From positions 30,001-62,000 of the forward strand of contig NQJD01000007.1 in NCBI GenBank assembly GCA_004284765.1: a stretch of DNA of 32,000 nucleotides. The letters run 5' to 3'. The DNA comes from Candidatus Electronema aureum. GTDB lineage: Bacteria > Desulfobacterota > Desulfobulbia > Desulfobulbales > Desulfobulbaceae. The stretch's first letter is position 1. Each line of letters begins with the position of its first letter. Under the pieces are notes generated by a model. That model made no database searches, was not told the origin of the DNA, and was given only the letters and a program-made list of their open reading frames with translations. The translations under genes were made by a program, and so were the position numbers. Positions 7,669 to 15,755 of this stretch are shown here, piece after piece.

Positions 7669-8073
7669 ATGGCTACAGCTTTTGAGGTTAATTCAGCTTC
7701 TTCTCAGAGTGGTTTATACGTCTCGGATACCCAGCAGGTCAATAAAAAACAAGTTCGCGTATTAACTCTGCCAAGCGTGGAAGGCGCACCGGCAGCAATG
7801 GCCTTGCCAGATGGTATTGTTGCTTATCGGCACGATTGGGGAAATTGGAATGGTCAGTGCCGATTGAATCTTAATTGGGATGTTATCAATGCCAACTCTC
7901 TGGTTTTCGTTGCCATTGGTGAGGGTGCAGCAGGTGGTGGTAAGTTTATAGGTGGTGCTAAATACACGCTTCACAATGTTGCTCCGACAAACGGTGCGGT
8001 GAATATTTGGGTGAACATCGAATGGAGCAATCCAATCCGGCTCTATGTTGATTATTTGGTCATCAACCCATAA
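7669..8073 (+). CDS. Small hypothetical protein (134 aa), beta-rich, W/N/G-rich
   Basis: Track ORF 7657..8073 trimmed to the ATG at 7669, which has GAGG 6 nt upstream. The product is MATAFEVNSASSQSGLYVSD...RHDWGNWNGQCRLNLNWDVINANSLVFVAIGEGAAGGGKFIGG...IWVNIEWSNPIRLYVDYLVINP. I recognise no family and see no signal peptide. Confidence 0.6.
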   Translation: MATAFEVNSASSQSGLYVSDTQQVNKKQVRVLTLPSVEGAPAAMALPDGIVAYRHDWGNWNGQCRLNLNWDVINANSLVFVAIGEGAAGGGKFIGGAKYTLHNVAPTNGAVNIWVNIEWSNPIRLYVDYLVINP

Positions 8074-8228
8074 ACCAGGTTCGCTTGTTATTAATTTCCC
8101 TTGCGGGATATGAGGGATAAAGGTTGTTAGCTTAATTTCGCAAGGGAAAAAATGCATTACTGTTGTGTCGCATGAGGTTGCAAACAACCTCTTAATCCAA
8201 TAATCATGTCTGTACAAAGGAGTAGATC

Positions 8229-10103
8229 ATGCCACGGCCATTTTTTCAGGAAGAATTCACCTTCACTAACCCTGATGGAAGTAGATTTCAAGTCGTTGGG
8301 TCAGGAAATCAGCATTATGCTGTATTTGAAACGCTGGACGGTTACACCGTGATAAAAAATCAGCAAGACGGATACTATGAATACGCCGATCTTTCTGCTG
8401 ACAAGACCGATTTAGTACCCAGCGGCATTCGGATTGGAACTCTGAACGTTCGTTCACCTCAACTTGTCCAGCACCTCAGACCTAGTGCAGGAACAGCAAA
8501 AATCAAGGCGTTACAAGCTATCGGGCAGCTTAAAGGGCAGCCGCGCTGGAAAATTCGCCGTGAATATCGCCGAAATGAGATTAGGCGCGCATTGATGGCA
8601 GGTGCGTCGAGTACCCCGTTGGCATCAAGCATAACAGGCGATTATGTTGGTTTGTGCCTTCTAATTCAATTTCCAGATGTGAGCGGCACAATCGCGCAGG
8701 ATGAGGTAAGCAATTTCTGCAACCAGCGAGGCTACAGCAACAACGACAATAACGGTTCGGTGCATGATTACTTCTATGACAACTCTGACGGCAAGCTGCA
8801 CTACACCAACACTGTGACTGCTTACTATACAGCCAAGCATGAGCGTTCATATTATACCGACAATTCGATTTCTTATGGCAGCCGCGCCCGAGAGCTTATC
8901 GTGGAAGGGCTAGACTTGTTGAAGTCGCAAGGTTTTGATTTCAGCCAGTTAAGCAGCGACAGCGAGGGATATATCTACGCTCTCAATGTTTTTTATGCCG
9001 GTGATCGTGTAAACAACTGGGCGGAAGGATTGTGGCCGCATTCATGGGCGTTAGCAGCACCATATGAGGCGGCGGCTGGCAAACGGTTTTCTGACTATCA
9101 GATCACCAACATGGGCAATCAGCTCACATTAGGTACGTTTTGCCATGAAAATGGCCACATGATCTGCGATTTTCCTGATCTGTATGATTATGGGTATGAA
9201 TCAACGGGTGTCGGCCATTACTGTCTAATGTGTTACGGCGGTGCGGATAACAATCCGACGCAAGTATGCGCATATCTGAAGCGTAAAGCTGGTTGGACAT
9301 CACGACTGACACCGATAACAGGTTGCATGACAGCAGATGTATCAGCCGGAAAAAATGATTTCTATTTTTATCCCAATCCCAAAAACGTAGCTGAGTATTT
9401 CATCATTGAAAATCGGCAGCAGGCAGGACGGGATGCCTCGCTCCCTGATGCAGGTCTCGCTATCTGGCACGTTGATGAATTAGGCAGCAATAATAACGAG
9501 CAGATGATTCCTGGGCAGCATTATGAGTGTTCGCTAGAGCAAGCTGATGGCCGCAATGATCTTGAACATGGAGCCAATGCTGGAGACGGGGAAGATTTGT
9601 ATGAAGCGATACTTCATGCAAAGTTCAATGACATGACGACACCAAGTAGCAAATGGTGGGATGGAACTGATTCAGGTCTGATGATAGGTGAAATATCTGA
9701 TGCTGGATCAATAATGACGTTCTCAACAGCAGGAGAAGGGGAGGAAAACAGCATTGTTGGAACTTGGCATTCCGTTTGTGTTGACTGGGGATGCACAGGA
9801 AGAGTTCTCAAAGCCAGCCCGTTTACTTTCTGCGCGAACGGTAACTGGACATACGCATACGGTGGTGGACGTTGGATACAAGTCGGCAACATGGTTGCTT
9901 GGAATTTTGACAATGCCCCCGGTTTAATATATACAGCAAATGTCAATGTTAATGCCATGAACGGGATCATGGGTTATGCCAAAGCTAGGTTAAATCTCAA
10001 GGGTTGCTTTTATGCTCTTCGTCAGTTTCCATCGACTGTCAGAGCCAATATAGCTGACGAGTCAAGTGATATTCTTGGCGATGTCGTCATTGGGCCTGCA
10101 TAA
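8229..10103 (+). CDS. M6 family (immune inhibitor A-like) zinc metalloprotease domain protein
   Basis: HEXXH motif in TFCHENGHMICDFPDLYDYG. The overall pattern (N-terminal PDGSRF..., LWPHSW, AIWHVDE) fits the M6 metalloprotease domain. A C-terminal W/G/N-rich module of about 120 aa carries four Cys. SD AAAGGAG is present. The N-terminus MPRPFFQEEFTF is not signal-like. Confidence 0.75.
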   Translation: MPRPFFQEEFTFTNPDGSRFQVVGSGNQHYAVFETLDGYTVIKNQQDGYYEYADLSADKTDLVPSGIRIGTLNVRSPQLVQHLRPSAGTAKIKALQAIGQLKGQPRWKIRREYRRNEIRRALMAGASSTPLASSITGDYVGLCLLIQFPDVSGTIAQDEVSNFCNQRGYSNNDNNGSVHDYFYDNSDGKLHYTNTVTAYYTAKHERSYYTDNSISYGSRARELIVEGLDLLKSQGFDFSQLSSDSEGYIYALNVFYAGDRVNNWAEGLWPHSWALAAPYEAAAGKRFSDYQITNMGNQLTLGTFCHENGHMICDFPDLYDYGYESTGVGHYCLMCYGGADNNPTQVCAYLKRKAGWTSRLTPITGCMTADVSAGKNDFYFYPNPKNVAEYFIIENRQQAGRDASLPDAGLAIWHVDELGSNNNEQMIPGQHYECSLEQADGRNDLEHGANAGDGEDLYEAILHAKFNDMTTPSSKWWDGTDSGLMIGEISDAGSIMTFSTAGEGEENSIVGTWHSVCVDWGCTGRVLKASPFTFCANGNWTYAYGGGRWIQVGNMVAWNFDNAPGLIYTANVNVNAMNGIMGYAKARLNLKGCFYALRQFPSTVRANIADESSDILGDVVIGPA

Positions 10104-10136
10104 TCAATCAAATAGACAGTCTGTCTAACAAAGCAG

Positions 10137-10168
10137 ATTAGCAGGGCGAGTAGCACCGCCCTGCTAAT
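10137..10168 (+). other. Perfect 12-bp stem-loop downstream of the M6 gene
   Basis: ATTAGCAGGGCG-agtagcac-CGCCCTGCTAAT. No T-run follows, so it may be a processing or stabilising hairpin, or a weak terminator. Confidence 0.4.
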
Positions 10169-10216
10169 TGATATCTAAAAACAATATGTACGGGGTTAGC
10201 AAAAAAGGAAAACACC

Positions 10217-10948
10217 ATGAATGCAATCCAAATCACCTATGATGAAGCTCGCGAGAAGATGCAGCCTGGCGATGTGATCGCTTTTGGCGGAAAGGGAAAT
10301 TTCTCTGAAATCATCAAATTTGCCACCTTCTCTGATGTATCTCACATTGGAGTAATCTTGCAGACCAAGGTTATTGACTACGAAACAGACAAGTTTTTCA
10401 ATCAAATTATCGAATCAACATCGTTGCATGGATTCAATGGCGTGAATATCTCAAGACTCAGTGAACGCCTGAGTACCTACGACGGAGAAATGTGGTGGCT
10501 TCCCTTGAACGACGAGATCAGAAAGACTCGCTTTGATCAAAAGAAATTTTATAATTTCTTATTTAAGCAAGCCAAGGCCAGCAAACCCTATGATATGCCT
10601 CAAGCTATCAACGCATCATTAGATGCGCTGGATAAACTTCCCTTTGGTCTGCATAGCCCCACGCTGAACAGAGAGGATTTTAGCAGATTTTTCTGCTCGG
10701 AGCTGGTGGCAGCGGCCTTTGAGCTGGCGGGCGTGACCGGTCCGGTCAATGCTTCGGAAGTAACCCCGATTGATCTGTGCAGATGGCGTATCTATCAGGA
10801 CACGTATTACCAGCTGCAAGGCAATCCAAACAAAAAAATCTCCCGCTTCAACACCTCCTCGCCGTCAGATTGGAACGTCGGGCGGCAAAGCGAGTATACT
10901 GATGATAGCACTTCGGTTGATGCCGGAACTACCTTGGTTTATCAGTGA
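10217..10948 (+). CDS. Permuted papain-like (NlpC/P60 superfamily, YiiX/YaeF C92-type) hydrolase
   Basis: The catalytic residues are in permuted order. PGDVIAFGG...FSDVSHIGVIL (His) precedes RFFCSELVAAAFELAG (Cys). SD AAGGAA is present and there is no signal peptide. Confidence 0.65.
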   Translation: MNAIQITYDEAREKMQPGDVIAFGGKGNFSEIIKFATFSDVSHIGVILQTKVIDYETDKFFNQIIESTSLHGFNGVNISRLSERLSTYDGEMWWLPLNDEIRKTRFDQKKFYNFLFKQAKASKPYDMPQAINASLDALDKLPFGLHSPTLNREDFSRFFCSELVAAAFELAGVTGPVNASEVTPIDLCRWRIYQDTYYQLQGNPNKKISRFNTSSPSDWNVGRQSEYTDDSTSVDAGTTLVYQ

Positions 10949-10966
10949 AACTATTTCACTATCACA

Positions 10967-10997
10967 GGGCGGGCAGTGCTGTGCCGCCCCTTTTTTT
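10967..10997 (+). terminator. Rho-independent terminator ending the plus-strand protease island
   Basis: GGGCGG(G)CA-gtgct-TGCCGCCC forms a stem with one bulge, followed by TTTTTTT (10991-10997). It starts 19 nt after the stop codon at 10946-10948. Confidence 0.6.
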
Positions 10998-11037
10998 CAC
11001 ATCATCAGTTCAAAATTTGGAGTTGCTACGAGTATTC

Positions 11038-12201
11038 TCACCCCACTATATCAATGCAGTTTTGCATTTCCCGCACAGCCTGATCTAAGCCAACAAAAGC
11101 CGCCCGTGCAATCACTGCATGGCCGATGCTCAGTTCTTCGATCACAGATATACCTGCGATGCGACCCACGTTGAGATAATTCAGCCCGTGGCCAGCATTG
11201 ACCCGCAGCCCGACCGCAAAGGCAGTCTCTGCTGCCTGCTCGATCAGCTGAAATTCTTTATCCTGCTCCTTCGCGGCGGTGGCATCTGCGTAGCGGCCAG
11301 TATGCAGCTCGACATAGGTCGCGCCTGCATCGACAGCAGCCTTGATTTGCTCAGGATTGGGATCAACAAAGATGGACACGGGAATACCTGCCTCAATCAT
11401 TTTGCCGACAGTTTTCCTGATTTTTTTCTCATTGCTGATGATGTCCAAACCGCCTTCAGTGGTCAGCTCTTTACGTTTTTCCGGCACTAAGGTGATCATA
11501 TCTGGCAGCACATCAAGGGCAATCTCGACGATCTCTTTGACGGCGGCCATCTCCAGATTCAGGCGAGTTTTAACCGTTTGACGCAAAACCCGAACATCAC
11601 GCTCCTGAATATGGCGACGATCTTCCCGCAGATGGACGACAATACCTCTCGCACCAGCCAGCTCACAAATGCCTGCGGCCAGCACCGGATCAGGCTCTGC
11701 GCCGCCTCTGGCTTCCCGAATGGTGGCGATGTGGTCAACGTTGATGGCAAGTTGCGGCATGGTTCTTCCTTGTGAATGAATATGTTGGATAGCCTGAAAG
11801 AGCTGCGCTTCTTTGTCCTGCATCAGTTCTGCTTGCTCTTCCGACAGCTCATGGTCATAGCCCAGCAAATGCAGCAGGCCGTGGATGATCAGCCAAGTAA
11901 CATGCTGATGCAGGGTGATGTTCTTCTCGATAGCTTCCCGCCACGCGGTGTCCACAGAAATAAGAATATCGCCCAGCTCATCCGCCACTTCCGCTGGAAA
12001 CGAGAGCACATTAGTCGGCCCTTCTTTATGGCGATAAGTCTGGTTGTAACCAGCCATTTCCCGGTCGTCGAGCAGAACAATGCTGACTGTTCGCTCAGTT
12101 TGGCCGAGTAGATACAGCAAACGAGATGTACGCGCACGCAACAGAGCTTGATTAAGCCGGAATCGCTGCGGATCGATTTCACTGATGAAGTTAATGGACA
12201 T
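11038..12201 (-). CDS. ybeY/pdxJ: In-frame fusion of YbeY (rRNA maturation endoribonuclease) and PdxJ (pyridoxine 5'-phosphate synthase)
   Basis: Residues 1-147 are YbeY (zinc motif HGLLHLLGYDH). Residues 148-387 are PdxJ (MPQLAINVDHIATIREARGG, HLREDRRHI, NAGHGLNY). I re-read codons 11761-11799 (FQAIQHIHSQGRT) and found no stop before the pdxJ ATG at 11758-11760. An SD-like AAGGAAG lies a few nt upstream of that ATG. Confidence 0.85.
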   Translation of the reverse strand: MSINFISEIDPQRFRLNQALLRARTSRLLYLLGQTERTVSIVLLDDREMAGYNQTYRHKEGPTNVLSFPAEVADELGDILISVDTAWREAIEKNITLHQHVTWLIIHGLLHLLGYDHELSEEQAELMQDKEAQLFQAIQHIHSQGRTMPQLAINVDHIATIREARGGAEPDPVLAAGICELAGARGIVVHLREDRRHIQERDVRVLRQTVKTRLNLEMAAVKEIVEIALDVLPDMITLVPEKRKELTTEGGLDIISNEKKIRKTVGKMIEAGIPVSIFVDPNPEQIKAAVDAGATYVELHTGRYADATAAKEQDKEFQLIEQAAETAFAVGLRVNAGHGLNYLNVGRIAGISVIEELSIGHAVIARAAFVGLDQAVREMQNCIDIVG

Positions 12202-13210
12202 CAGGCTTCTGGACGGTCGCGGTGCGATGACTGTTTTTCTCGTAGGCGAGAATGATTTTTTGCACGAGCGGATGACGAACTACGTCGCTACTATCGAAGT
12301 GACAGAAACTGATCCCATCGATATCCTGAAGAATATTTTTTGCCTCTGCCAAGCCAGAAGGCTGACCACCAGGCAAATCAACCTGAGTAATATCACCCGT
12401 GATGACCGCCTGCGAATCAAAACCAATCCGAGTGAGAAACATCTTCATCTGCTCGCGAGTGGTGTTCTGCGCTTCGTCAAGGATGACAAAGCCTTTGTTC
12501 AGGGTTCTGCCGCGCATAAAGGCTAATGGTGCAATTTCGACCACGCCCCGTCCGATCAAATCCGCTGCCTTCTCTGCTCCCAGCATTTCGTTAAGAGCAT
12601 CGGTAAGCGGACGCAAATACGGATCAACCTTCTGAGCCAAATCACCGGGTAGAAAACCGAGCTTCTCGCCTGCTTCTACGGCGGGTCGAGTGAGAATGAT
12701 CCGCTGCACCTGTTCGGCAGCCAAGGCCGCAACTGCCATCGCCACCGCTAAATAGGTTTTACCGGTGCCTGCTGGTCCAATGCCAAACACAATGTCGTTG
12801 TGGCGGATCGCCTCGATGTAATTCTTTTGGTTGATAGTTTTTGGTGAAATAATCCGCTTTTTTGAGGTAATGCAGACCTTCTCTAAGAATATCTCCTCCA
12901 AAGATGCTGTTGGAGATGATTCAAGGATTTTCAGACCAAAAGCAATATCTTGGCCGAAAACTGGATAGCCTTTGCGGACGAGTTCATACAGCTGGCGCAG
13001 AGCAGAAACAGCCAGCTCCACCGCATCAGTTCTGCCTTGAATTTGGAGGTTATTCCCTCGGCAGTTGATATGGACTCCAGCTGTCTGCTCAACGGTGTGC
13101 AGATTACGGTTTAACTCACCGAACAGGGCTTGGGCAGCGGCATGATCCGCAAACTCCAAGCCTTGCTCGACTTCGCCTCCCGTTTTTTTCAACGTTGGCC
13201 GGGTAGGCAT
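12191..13210 (-). CDS. phoH: PhoH family ATPase (YbeZ-like)
   Basis: Walker A GIGPAGTGKTYLAV and Walker B region FVILDEAQN. It overlaps the ybeY start by 11 nt, the classical phoH-ybeY arrangement. Confidence 0.9.
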   Translation of the reverse strand: MPTRPTLKKTGGEVEQGLEFADHAAAQALFGELNRNLHTVEQTAGVHINCRGNNLQIQGRTDAVELAVSALRQLYELVRKGYPVFGQDIAFGLKILESSPTASLEEIFLEKVCITSKKRIISPKTINQKNYIEAIRHNDIVFGIGPAGTGKTYLAVAMAVAALAAEQVQRIILTRPAVEAGEKLGFLPGDLAQKVDPYLRPLTDALNEMLGAEKAADLIGRGVVEIAPLAFMRGRTLNKGFVILDEAQNTTREQMKMFLTRIGFDSQAVITGDITQVDLPGGQPSGLAEAKNILQDIDGISFCHFDSSDVVRHPLVQKIILAYEKNSHRTATVQKPDVH

Positions 13211-13213
13211 TAC

Positions 13214-14083
13214 TTACTTCTTGCTCAGTTCTTGGTCGATCATCTTCTGGATGCCTTCGACACCCGCTGCGTTCACTCGGCGACCATTGACGAACAGCGT
13301 TGGGGTACCGTTGACCTCGGCCAAACGTGCTGCGTTCATGTCCTTGGTCAGCTTCTCTTGGATGGCTGGGCTGTTCAAGTCTGCCTTGAACTTTTCCATA
13401 TCTAACCCAATGCCAGCGGCAGCTTTTTCAATCGTCTCAGGATTCAAGCTCGATGAAATAGCGAAAAGTGCATCATGCATCTGCCAGAATTTGCCCTGCT
13501 CCTGAGCAGCAATAGAGGCACGAGCGGCTGGCTCGGCCTGTTGGTGCATGTTCAACGGCATGTGCTTGAACACGACCTTAACCGTGTCAGGATTTTTCTT
13601 CATCACTTCTTCCAACAGAGGATGCACTTTGCTACAGAAAGGGCATTGAAAATCTGAGAAAACAACTAAAGCCACCGGTGCTTTTTCGTTACCGAGGAAG
13701 GGCGAGCCAGAGATATCGATGTCTTTAGCAAAGGAAATATCAAGAGCCTTATACGCACCGTTTTTGTCCACCAGATAAAGCATCTCGCCACGCGGAGCAA
13801 TATCCAAAGCAATTGTACCCGGATCAGCCGGAATCACTCCCAGCTTCTGGCCTTCGGCGGAATACAGATAAACCTTGCTGTCTTCGCCGAGGATAAATAC
13901 CATCCTGCCGTCTAACGACTGAACGAAATCAAGCGGTTTTGCTTCAGTTTTCCAATTTTGCATAACCGTCCATGAAAGTGCATCGGGCTTGGCAGCAGGC
14001 TGCTGCTCTGGTGCGGGCGGCTGTGCTAAGGCGATCTGACCAGAAAGTAACAGCAGGCAGGACAGGGCAAGAGTTTTCTTCAT
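13214..14083 (-). CDS. Secreted DsbA-family thiol:disulfide oxidoreductase with an N-terminal ~85-aa repeat module
   Basis: Track ORF 13214..14200 trimmed to the ATG at 14081-14083 (SD AAGGA). That start gives the signal peptide MKKTLALSCLLLLSGQIALAQ. The thioredoxin-fold active site is VVFSDFQCPFCSKV. Confidence 0.8.
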   Translation of the reverse strand: MKKTLALSCLLLLSGQIALAQPPAPEQQPAAKPDALSWTVMQNWKTEAKPLDFVQSLDGRMVFILGEDSKVYLYSAEGQKLGVIPADPGTIALDIAPRGEMLYLVDKNGAYKALDISFAKDIDISGSPFLGNEKAPVALVVFSDFQCPFCSKVHPLLEEVMKKNPDTVKVVFKHMPLNMHQQAEPAARASIAAQEQGKFWQMHDALFAISSSLNPETIEKAAAGIGLDMEKFKADLNSPAIQEKLTKDMNAARLAEVNGTPTLFVNGRRVNAAGVEGIQKMIDQELSKK

Positions 14084-14129
14084 GTTTTTTCCTTGGTAAA
14101 AATGAGCAGTGAATGAATAGAATGCAGGC

Positions 14130-14158
14130 ATTATACTGTCCCGTGCTGCGTCCGGCAA
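14130..14158 (-). promoter_or_regulatory. sigma70-type promoter (TTGCCG-17 nt-TATAAT)
   Basis: The minus strand reads TTGCCG GACGCAGCACGGGACAG TATAAT. It sits in the 119-nt gap upstream of the DsbA-like gene. Confidence 0.5.
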
Positions 14159-14202
14159 GTCGAACAAAATTTGTTTTTTGCCCCTGAAATCGGTTAGCAC
14201 GG

Positions 14203-14802
14203 TTAGAACTGTAGTTGTAACGATGTGTAGAATCCTCTTTGATTGACAAGATAAAGCATTGCGCTCCTAGGAATGAGGTCAAGAGAGGAAGTGCCTGCGG
14301 GCACGGGAATGTAGCCTATCTGTTGGCCAGAGTATGAGTAAACTCGCACGGTTTTGTCTGCTTCCAGAACGAAAACCAACTGACGGTCGGGCAAAACAGC
14401 AACATCCACCGTTCTTGCGCGAGTCCTCCAGCTACGGAGCACTTTCGAGTCTGCGGCACCGGTTGTTATAGAAATATTGAAAAGTGTGCAATACCCTCTC
14501 TGGTCAATTACATACAGAATTTTACCACGCGGATCAATGTCGATAGCTATTGGTCTGCCCTGCATCTGAACCGTACCGAGCTGCTCACCAACAGCGGAAA
14601 AAATCTGCACGTTGCCGTCTTCACCCAAAACAAAGACTAATTTTTTATCCAGCGTTTGGGCAAAATCTACTGACCTTGCCCCTGTCTCCCAAGTGTTCAG
14701 CTCTGACCAAGTGTCAATAAAACGAGTGCCACTGTGAGGTGCAGCGGTCGCTATTTGAGCCGACAAAAGAAGCAGGCCGCATAATGCAAAAGTTTTTTTC
14801 AT
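14203..14802 (-). CDS. Secreted protein made of two copies of the module also found in the DsbA-like protein
   Basis: Signal peptide MKKTFALCGLLLLSAQIATA. Two internal repeats match each other and the N-domain of the neighbouring DsbA-like protein (see finding). An ATGA overlap links it to the upstream gene. Confidence 0.7.
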   Translation of the reverse strand: MKKTFALCGLLLLSAQIATAAPHSGTRFIDTWSELNTWETGARSVDFAQTLDKKLVFVLGEDGNVQIFSAVGEQLGTVQMQGRPIAIDIDPRGKILYVIDQRGYCTLFNISITTGAADSKVLRSWRTRARTVDVAVLPDRQLVFVLEADKTVRVYSYSGQQIGYIPVPAGTSSLDLIPRSAMLYLVNQRGFYTSLQLQF

Positions 14803-15755
14803 ATTTTCTCTTTGTTCTGGTGTTGAATTTTTCGAGGGACGGGAGACTGCTCCAGTGCATTGAAATGCAATATACTCTCGGAGCGTACATTAGGCAAGTC
14901 AGGCTGTGTTTTTTGAATTTCGGTGGTCTGTGCAAAATTATGTCGCCCTTGCTCGATGTTTGCAATCCGCTGAAAACTGGTCTGAGCAATCCAGCCGCTA
15001 CGTCTGTCCTCATCACGCACCAGCAGGTAGTCGCCGTGTTCCTTGTGCAGCGGGTGAATAATGCTGCCCGTTTTAACGCTGCCAACTGCTTCAGCTTCGG
15101 CAAAGGGTGAAATGAGCAGCCGGGCATCAGGAGCCGTGATCACGCCATCTTGCCAAGCCTGATAGCGGAGCAAGGCCGGAGGCAGAGGCAGCAGGGTCGC
15201 GGTCAGAAAAAGGAAATTTAGTTGTCGTGCCCAAGGACAGCGTTTTCGGCCAATTACGCCTACGACCAGCACAGTTAGGGCGAGCAGGACAAAGGCGGTG
15301 CCAGAAATCAGTAACCACTGATCCGCGCCCAACAATTCAGCCAGCTGCTCCGGCAAGGATTTTGCTCGAAACAGACCAGCATTCTTGCGTAACTGTGCTA
15401 AACTCGCCCGCAAATCCGCATTGCTCGGAGCCAGTAACAACGCCCGCTCGTAATTCAGCACCGCCAGCCCGATTTGCCCAGCAGCGGCGTAACTGTCAGC
15501 TAAGTTGCCGAGCAGTTCGGCAGAGATGCCTATTTCGTGAACAACTGCCGTATAGAGAGTGGCAGCCTGCTCGTAGCGGCCTTTGAGATAGGCGGCATTA
15601 GCCTGCGCAACCAAGGTTTCGGGATCGCCGTCTTGTTTCTTCTGGTCAGCAACAGCGGAGAAGGTTAGCAGCATGCTTGCGCCGAGCAAAAACAAGCTGA
15701 TAACAGCACGTAACGATAAACCTCTGTGGCGGCACTCGGTTATCCGGTTTTTCAT
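14799..15755 (-). CDS. TPR plus SH3-like domain membrane protein (BatE-like)
   Basis: It has an N-terminal signal or TM segment, TPR repeats (AYLKGRYEQAATLY..., LNYERALLLAPSNADL), TM spans, and a C-terminal SH3b-like VGSVKTGSIIHPLHKEHGDYLLVRDEDRRSGWIAQTSF. An ATGA overlap with batD fits the Bat operon order. Confidence 0.6.
   Translation of the reverse strand: MKNRITECRHRGLSLRAVISLFLLGASMLLTFSAVADQKKQDGDPETLVAQANAAYLKGRYEQAATLYTAVVHEIGISAELLGNLADSYAAAGQIGLAVLNYERALLLAPSNADLRASLAQLRKNAGLFRAKSLPEQLAELLGADQWLLISGTAFVLLALTVLVVGVIGRKRCPWARQLNFLFLTATLLPLPPALLRYQAWQDGVITAPDARLLISPFAEAEAVGSVKTGSIIHPLHKEHGDYLLVRDEDRRSGWIAQTSFQRIANIEQGRHNFAQTTEIQKTQPDLPNVRSESILHFNALEQSPVPRKIQHQNKEKI

Noticed and set aside
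13214-14200. The 328-aa version of the DsbA-like protein.
   Set aside because: The extension precedes a perfect signal peptide that starts at an SD-preceded ATG (14081-14083). The extension also overlaps the TTGCCG-17-TATAAT promoter.
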